This document shows, piece after piece, positions 58,118-64,000 of a DNA stretch of 64,000 nt; positions within the stretch are counted from its first letter, which is position 1; the number at the start of each line of letters is the position of its first letter. Both the position numbers and the translations under genes were made by a program. The stretch is from NCBI GenBank assembly GCA_051362555.1, contig CM120643.1, positions 15,412,644 through 15,476,643 on the forward strand. Direction: 5' to 3'. Under the pieces are notes generated by a model. The model did no database searches. It was given only the letters and a program-made list of their open reading frames with translations, and was not told the DNA's origin. Origin of the DNA: Lingula anatina. Its lineage: Eukaryota; Animalia; Brachiopoda.

Positions 58118-59764
58118 TTATTTTACCATTTAGGTATAGCCACCTTTGCAAATCTGAACAAACCCCTTCCCCTGAATTTAACCAAGTTGCTCCCTGCCCA
58201 CACAACCGTGGCTGGTCTGATCAATTTGGTGGTAAGTGAGCTTCACGTTTCTTCCTCCACCATCGCCATTTTCAGGGACACATCCAGAGATCCCGAGATG
58301 GCGCTGGATCCCAGCACGACGCTGGAGGAAAATGGCTACCCTGGTGGCAGTTACTCCCCTCAGCTCTTGACTCTGTATTATGATTATATTGTGGAGTTTA
58401 GAGACTGCCCCTTATTAATGTGTGATAACTATATGAGGAAGGTTCCCATAGAACAGATTATGAAGTCCATAAAGAGGTAATGGACGTTGATAACGATGTT
58501 CAGTTATTCATTGCAATATATTTAAAGAATCACCGTGACAAGCAAGATAATCATGTTGAAATTTATAGAGCACTTTTGTCTTGGAATGATTAAGTATTAT
58601 TTATCAGGAAGAGGAATTATGGTGTGTTTTCTCTATTTAATCTCTGACAGTCTTTGAAAACTTCATCCACAGTGTTGTTTAGATTATTATCAGATATTTC
58701 AAATTGTTCTTGTTACAAACTCCAACAATTCTCTCATTTGATGAATGCTGAAAGATGTGCCTTAATATATGTAAACTACATACATGTAAGGTGGTGATTA
58801 TAGATAAACTTTTTTAGAGCTTTTGATTTTCTATAATTAAATGGAAAACCGAATGTGATGAAAAAATCATCACAAGCTATAATTGTATGTAGATAAAATT
58901 TATATAAAATGCTTCATGAGCATTATTTTATATGGAATTTTAATCTTTCATTATAGCACTAGTTATCATAGATGTATTCCATGGCACCTGTTATACAGTT
59001 TTAATAGAGTGATTTTATTGTTGAATGCATTATGAATCAATACATTGTAACTCACTTTGTAATCAAGAGTTGAGGAAAAAAATCGATTAATTTAGATGTA
59101 TGCAGTTTATCTTGCCTTGTGATATTTTTTAATGCAAATCTCCAGTCAGGATTTATAGAATTGTGATAATACAAAGATTTAGATGTGGAATTTTTTTTTT
59201 CATCAGAATCATGTTATTTGTGATTGGAACAAGTAAGACAATGACTTCATTTTTTTTATCTCATCTGATTGTTGTGAATATAATTATTCACTTATTCGTT
59301 TCAATTTTTAGAAGTAAACATTGAATAACGTCATTACCTCCAAGTCTTTGTCCAATATCTCGTCTTTTTGTGCATCATTATGTAACCCTCCGATATTTCA
59401 ATCTTGTGAATAACATCTAATAATAAGCTGTATATTGTTCAACCATTAAAATTTGTCTTCTCTCTGACTTTATAATCACCAAATTGTGATTGTATGAATG
59501 AAAAAAACAAAAAAAAAATACAAAATGTAATATTTTATGTCCATCTCATCAACAATAGTATGACATCTGACAGAGATGAAGAAAACCCATTTTAATACAT
59601 GCTACATATTTTGACAGGCACAACAACAGAATGAAAGTGGTAAAATGTATAAAATTAAAAGGTAGAAAATATCTCACTGTAAGCTGTGGTCTTTTATAAT
59701 TCTACAAAATCAAGGCTGAATACATTTATGAAGAAGGAGTTTAAACCAATAAAAACCATGCCAT
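58118..59764 (+). pseudogene. Duplicated last exon plus 3' UTR of the EF-hand gene (copy of 48053..49796), frameshifted
   Basis: Retains 16 nt of intron acceptor (ttattttaccatttag). It has a 20-nt deletion just after the acceptor and a 3-nt deletion (GGSYDSP to GGSYSP); the rest of the ORF, to 58480, is nearly identical. Confidence 0.85.
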
Positions 59765-60539
59765 CTTTCAGATATATTATTTTGGAATCATTAAAAATAT
59801 ATTTTTGTGCAGCATTTGTCACCATGGTTCTCTTAGGCAGCATGAAGGGTTCAAGGCACAAAATTCAGAAACGTGAATCTTGAAAAATGACATGTGAATT
59901 GATTAAAATGATTCAGTGTAAGTAAATGCCATAATTTAGTAGTGTTCATCTCTTTAATGAGTAGGCTCTTTCAGCACAAATACAACAATAAATATTGTGA
60001 CCTCAAATAGCAAAATAAATTCCAATAGTCTTCATCACAGTTTTCTGAACACAGTTAAGCACATTAAATATGTATTTCAATATAATACCTTCCAGGCCAA
60101 ATCAGTTGGAGGTCCCAAATGTTCACTTATAAAGGTCCACATTCTTATTATTATCTAAACAGACTTTATGTGAAATGCTGCATCCTTGGCTAGATCATCT
60201 ATAAAACACCAACTGCATTATTTTACATAATGTCAGTCTCAGCACCTAAAACTGCTTGTTTTCAAGACTGGTTCAGAAGTGCATATCATGAAATAATATT
60301 GTTTTTGACATGCCACATCCAGCCTCATTAGTTACATCAAACTTGAGTGGACTCATTTTGATAAAATATCCTGCATAAAAATAAATAAAGAAAAACTACC
60401 AATATACCATTTTTTGTTTCATTACGCTAGAAAATGAGAATTTTCTTAAAACTCCAAGGTAACATACTTAAAGAAGTGCTGTATTACACCTAACCAGGAT
60501 ACAGTAGATTTGACCTACAGCTGTACCCTGAGAATCCAG

Positions 60540-61567
60540 TTAATCTGAGTCCATCTCTAGCTTCACAGCATGCAGTGCAGCATAACACTCCACTGTGACA
60601 TTCAGGTGTCCTATAACTGTGCTCTCCTCATCTATGTCATAGACTGGAAATAGAAAAAATGATTGGCCCATAGACAAGCTATCAAATGAACTTTTTTGCA
60701 TGCGCGCGCACACACACACATTTATAAATTCATTTACGTAAAGTACATTTTTGTGGGTCTTCATATCCATCATTTTTAAACCTATTCAAAAACAAAAATT
60801 AAAACTGAGCACTATGAAATTGAGGAGGCAGGTATTACAGTAAGACTTACAAAAGCAACAGCAACAAAACCATTTTTTATTAAAAAAAAAGGAGAAGCTT
60901 AAACTGATCACTACTAATTATATCTATTTTAAAAAGAGTTTGGGGCAAAACACTTGACGATTCTTTTAGCCTGCATACTCTCCTTTTTCATTACAACACA
61001 TTCCTGACTTTTCAATTCACTTCAACCTACTAGGTATATCTTTGTCAATGACATCCTCTTTCTTCTCCAGAATCTCTGTCAGACTGACGAAAGCTGTGCC
61101 GACATCATTGCACTCACCAGACTCATCATCTTCTGGAGGCTCACTTACCACAGTGAAACGAATCCTGTGATGAAAAAAAATTATGGCTTTATAAAATTAT
61201 TTATAGTAAAACAACAATAATAGGAACAACAACAATAATTTTTTTTCAGCTAATATTATTGAAAATATATTAAATACATATTTATTCAAAATTTAATTCA
61301 ACTACTCAAATCACCCCGCAAGTTAGGTTCACAGATCTCTATCTTTTTGATTTGTTTTCAGATATTTCAGATAGATTTCAGAAGTATTTTAAAAATTGAG
61401 AAATAACACAGTAGCAAAGTGAAATTTAATATTTCTATAGGTCTTCCAATGGTGTTTATAGTTTCACCTGAACAGCTCAATTCAAAAAAGAGAGGGAGTC
61501 TCAGTTAAAAAAAAGAAGCCAAGTCCAGTAATAGACTGAAAATGTAAAGGAAGAAACATGCACATGT

Positions 61568-61611
<44 letters not shown>

Positions 61612-64000
61612 AGAGAGATTCACTGACCTTCCTTCATCTGGGTCATCTGGTAATAACATGCTGGCCAAATATTGTCTACTCTCGTAGTGGTCCTCGGCAT
61701 CTACATGGAACACTGGAAACAAAGTATGGACCATAATGTATACAACATAACACAGCACATTATAACGTAATATAATGTATGTGGTTTAAAACAACATCAT
61801 AACATATAACTAAATGCCACAACAAAACATGAGATAGTACAAATTAAGTTAATGTAAGCCTATATTCACAGCTAAACTGAGGGTTTAAGATTTTCATGTT
61901 TTCAATGTTCAACATTATTACTTGTATATGTAAAATTATTTTTTCATTAAAGATTGTTCTACATTTTAACAGTTTTTTTTTTCTATTTTTGCAAGATTTC
62001 TACAACATATTTATCTTTGTCTTTATGTAAGGCAGTCCCTAGCATATGCAGCATTATAATAATTTACCACAGTGTCTAATTGTGAGTTGTGTGCTACCTG
62101 TTGACCCAAGGCCAAAAGGTGATCAGTTTTTACAGTCATGAATATTACCAGGTGTGGCCATATGAAAGCCAAAAAAATTTTCATGATACCCCACCCAGTT
62201 GCAAATTTGACTTAGACAGAGTGAGGGATCACTGAGACAGAACTTCAATACAGCTACTATCAGAAATGAAAGTAAGTAAATATGACCCTTGTTCTGAGAA
62301 AAGCATTTTAATTTTTACATTTGTGATATCTGACACGTATGCGTTTTGTTAGTATGTCACGAAGGGTATTTTTTTTCAAAATCCAATTCAATTTGCTTAG
62401 GTTTTCAGGTTATATTTCAGATACTTTTCCAGTGCCTTCTGCTTCTTCTATTTGGCAGTATATTTATTTCATACTTTATGTTTGCTGCAAAGTCACTGCA
62501 CACCATTTCATTACCTGCAACTGAAACTTAACTGAACTACTACAGTAAACTGCTACTACTGTAACAGTACTTTCTCTAGATCTGTAATAGTAACTGCTAT
62601 TGCAGCTGCATACAATATTAGGTCCTTCTCCAGGAAATAAACTCCATCAAAACATATAAACCATGTATTGTACAGAAGTTTTTTCACAACAAGGTATGCA
62701 CAATAAACAAAAACTGAAACTGGAAAATCCTGTTTATTTTCATTGGTGAAATCCTCACCTTTCTTGAAATTGAAATAGATCTGTTGATCAGGCTTTGGTT
62801 TTGGCAGTGATACGGGGGTCTCCAGTTCCTCTGCAGGGAACCCCAGGAACCTGTATTCCACAAACAGCTGCTGTACTGCAGGGTTGCTGAGAGCAGATGC
62901 CCCCTCCTCTAAGCTCAGGTGAGCTATGGTCACCACTACCGTGTCTGGGTTCTGTACATGAAAAAAAAAACATTTTAATTAAAAAAAATCCTCAATAAGC
63001 ACTTCCTTCCCAAGGTTCATGTGGTAAAATTCCATAGGTTCCCCTGAATGGGTGCGGATTTTCCCTGACCATTAATGGTTACCCAGCATCCACTTGGGTT
63101 AAAGCCATTCAGTGTCCACTTACCCCCTGCACTGATGACCTTGAGGCAGCCCTGGGGGCGGGGGTGATGACCAGTCCTTCACTGTCTGAATCTTCCTCCT
63201 CCTCCTCACCCTCTACTGTCTGCTTGGCACCAGGGATTTCTATTTCATCTTCTAGGGTGGAGTCTGGTGGAAAATATTTAACACATCATTTTTGCTAAAC
63301 AAAAGATATGCGCCAGTTCTTTTGTCTAATCCTGAGCTCTCAACTTGTAGTGTACTTTTAAGTTTTTAAAATCAATTTGTAATGAAATTCTACAGCAATC
63401 AGAAAATCTGAAAAATTAGAAGCACCAGCTTGATGATAAAACGGTATGAAATGAACATTAAATTTTTTTTTTTACAATAGTAAAAGTAGAAATTATCATT
63501 TTGCTTCAGGTTTGCTAATTATTGAATTTTGAAGAAAAGCTGTCAAGGATGGTCACCTTCTTCGTCTTCCTCCTCCTCATCTCTTTCTTCTTCAAACATG
63601 GTGTCTTCAGCACTTTGGGCAGGTTTCCCTTTCTGGATTTTACAGAATTGGAATTGATAAAAATAGACTTAATACACCTACTAGTAAAGTGTGACAATTT
63701 TTAAAAGATGGAATCTAAACAAAGCAATATGATGCACAAGTGACTGTCACCAAATGCCATGAATGAATAAACCAAGATGCTATGTACAAGACCCTTCTGA
63801 ATCAGTCTAATTGTATAGTTTCAATCTCTGCTGGTGATTTTGACTAATCTATATATATATATATATATAAATTCATTATTAGAAATTATAAACTTTATTA
63901 TTTCATTCACCTTGACTTTTTCTCCCAATTCCTGAGCTATCAAGTCATTAGCATCTTCTGATTCTTCTTCCTCCTCATCTTCTTCATCTTCTTCTTCTTC
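60540..64000 (-). CDS. RPGRIP1L: RPGRIP1L / fantom, 3' part (acidic linker plus C-terminal RPGR-interacting C2 domain); runs off the window
   Basis: Exons >64000-63911, 63632-63557, 63263-63124, 62951-62759, 61712-61628, 61164-61031, 60643-60540, phases consistent. Motifs QLFVEYRFLG..ETPVSLPKP, FNFKKVFHVD, IRFTVVSEPPED..ECNDVG and IGHLNVTVE match the RPGRIP1/1L C-terminus. Confidence 0.9.

Noticed and set aside
58118-59764. Processed retrocopy
   Set aside because: Keeps intronic acceptor sequence, has no poly(A) tail or exon-exon junction, and extends past the putative poly(A) signal.
1-64000. Prokaryotic or viral system, or horizontally acquired cassette
   Set aside because: No long intronless ORFs or operon structure; all recognisable coding is spliced animal genes.

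Overview
AT-rich animal genomic DNA, probably from a marine invertebrate or lophotrochozoan (inferred from intron structure and repeat content). I assembled four genes by hand from splice sites and reading phase. (1) A 23-exon CLC-7-like Cl-/H+ exchanger on + (2266..36847, ~957 aa) with a long non-canonical N-terminus. (2) EMC8/9 on - (41268..43633). (3) An uncharacterised Lys-rich/EF-hand/ubiquitin-like-domain gene on + (45341..48438), head-to-head with EMC8/9. (4) The 3' end of RPGRIP1L/fantom on - (60540..>64000). CLC-7 introns hold two Helentron-type non-autonomous elements (HINE/pearl-like) whose 146-bp arrays carry about 20 perfect nuclear-receptor DR1 sites, plus many MITEs. The most unusual observations are these. 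Exon 3' ends are repeatedly duplicated into CLC-7 introns, including a ~14-copy array of a splice donor and a duplication that creates a candidate 6-nt in-frame microexon. There is a candidate alternative first exon, and a motif is repeated across two exon junctions in the CLC-7 N-terminus. A 1.7-kb direct duplication of the EF-hand gene's last exon shows mostly synonymous divergence and brackets an 8.3-kb insert containing orphan exon-like segments. No prokaryotic system, CRISPR array or RNA gene was recognised. All gene models are manual and lack transcript confirmation.
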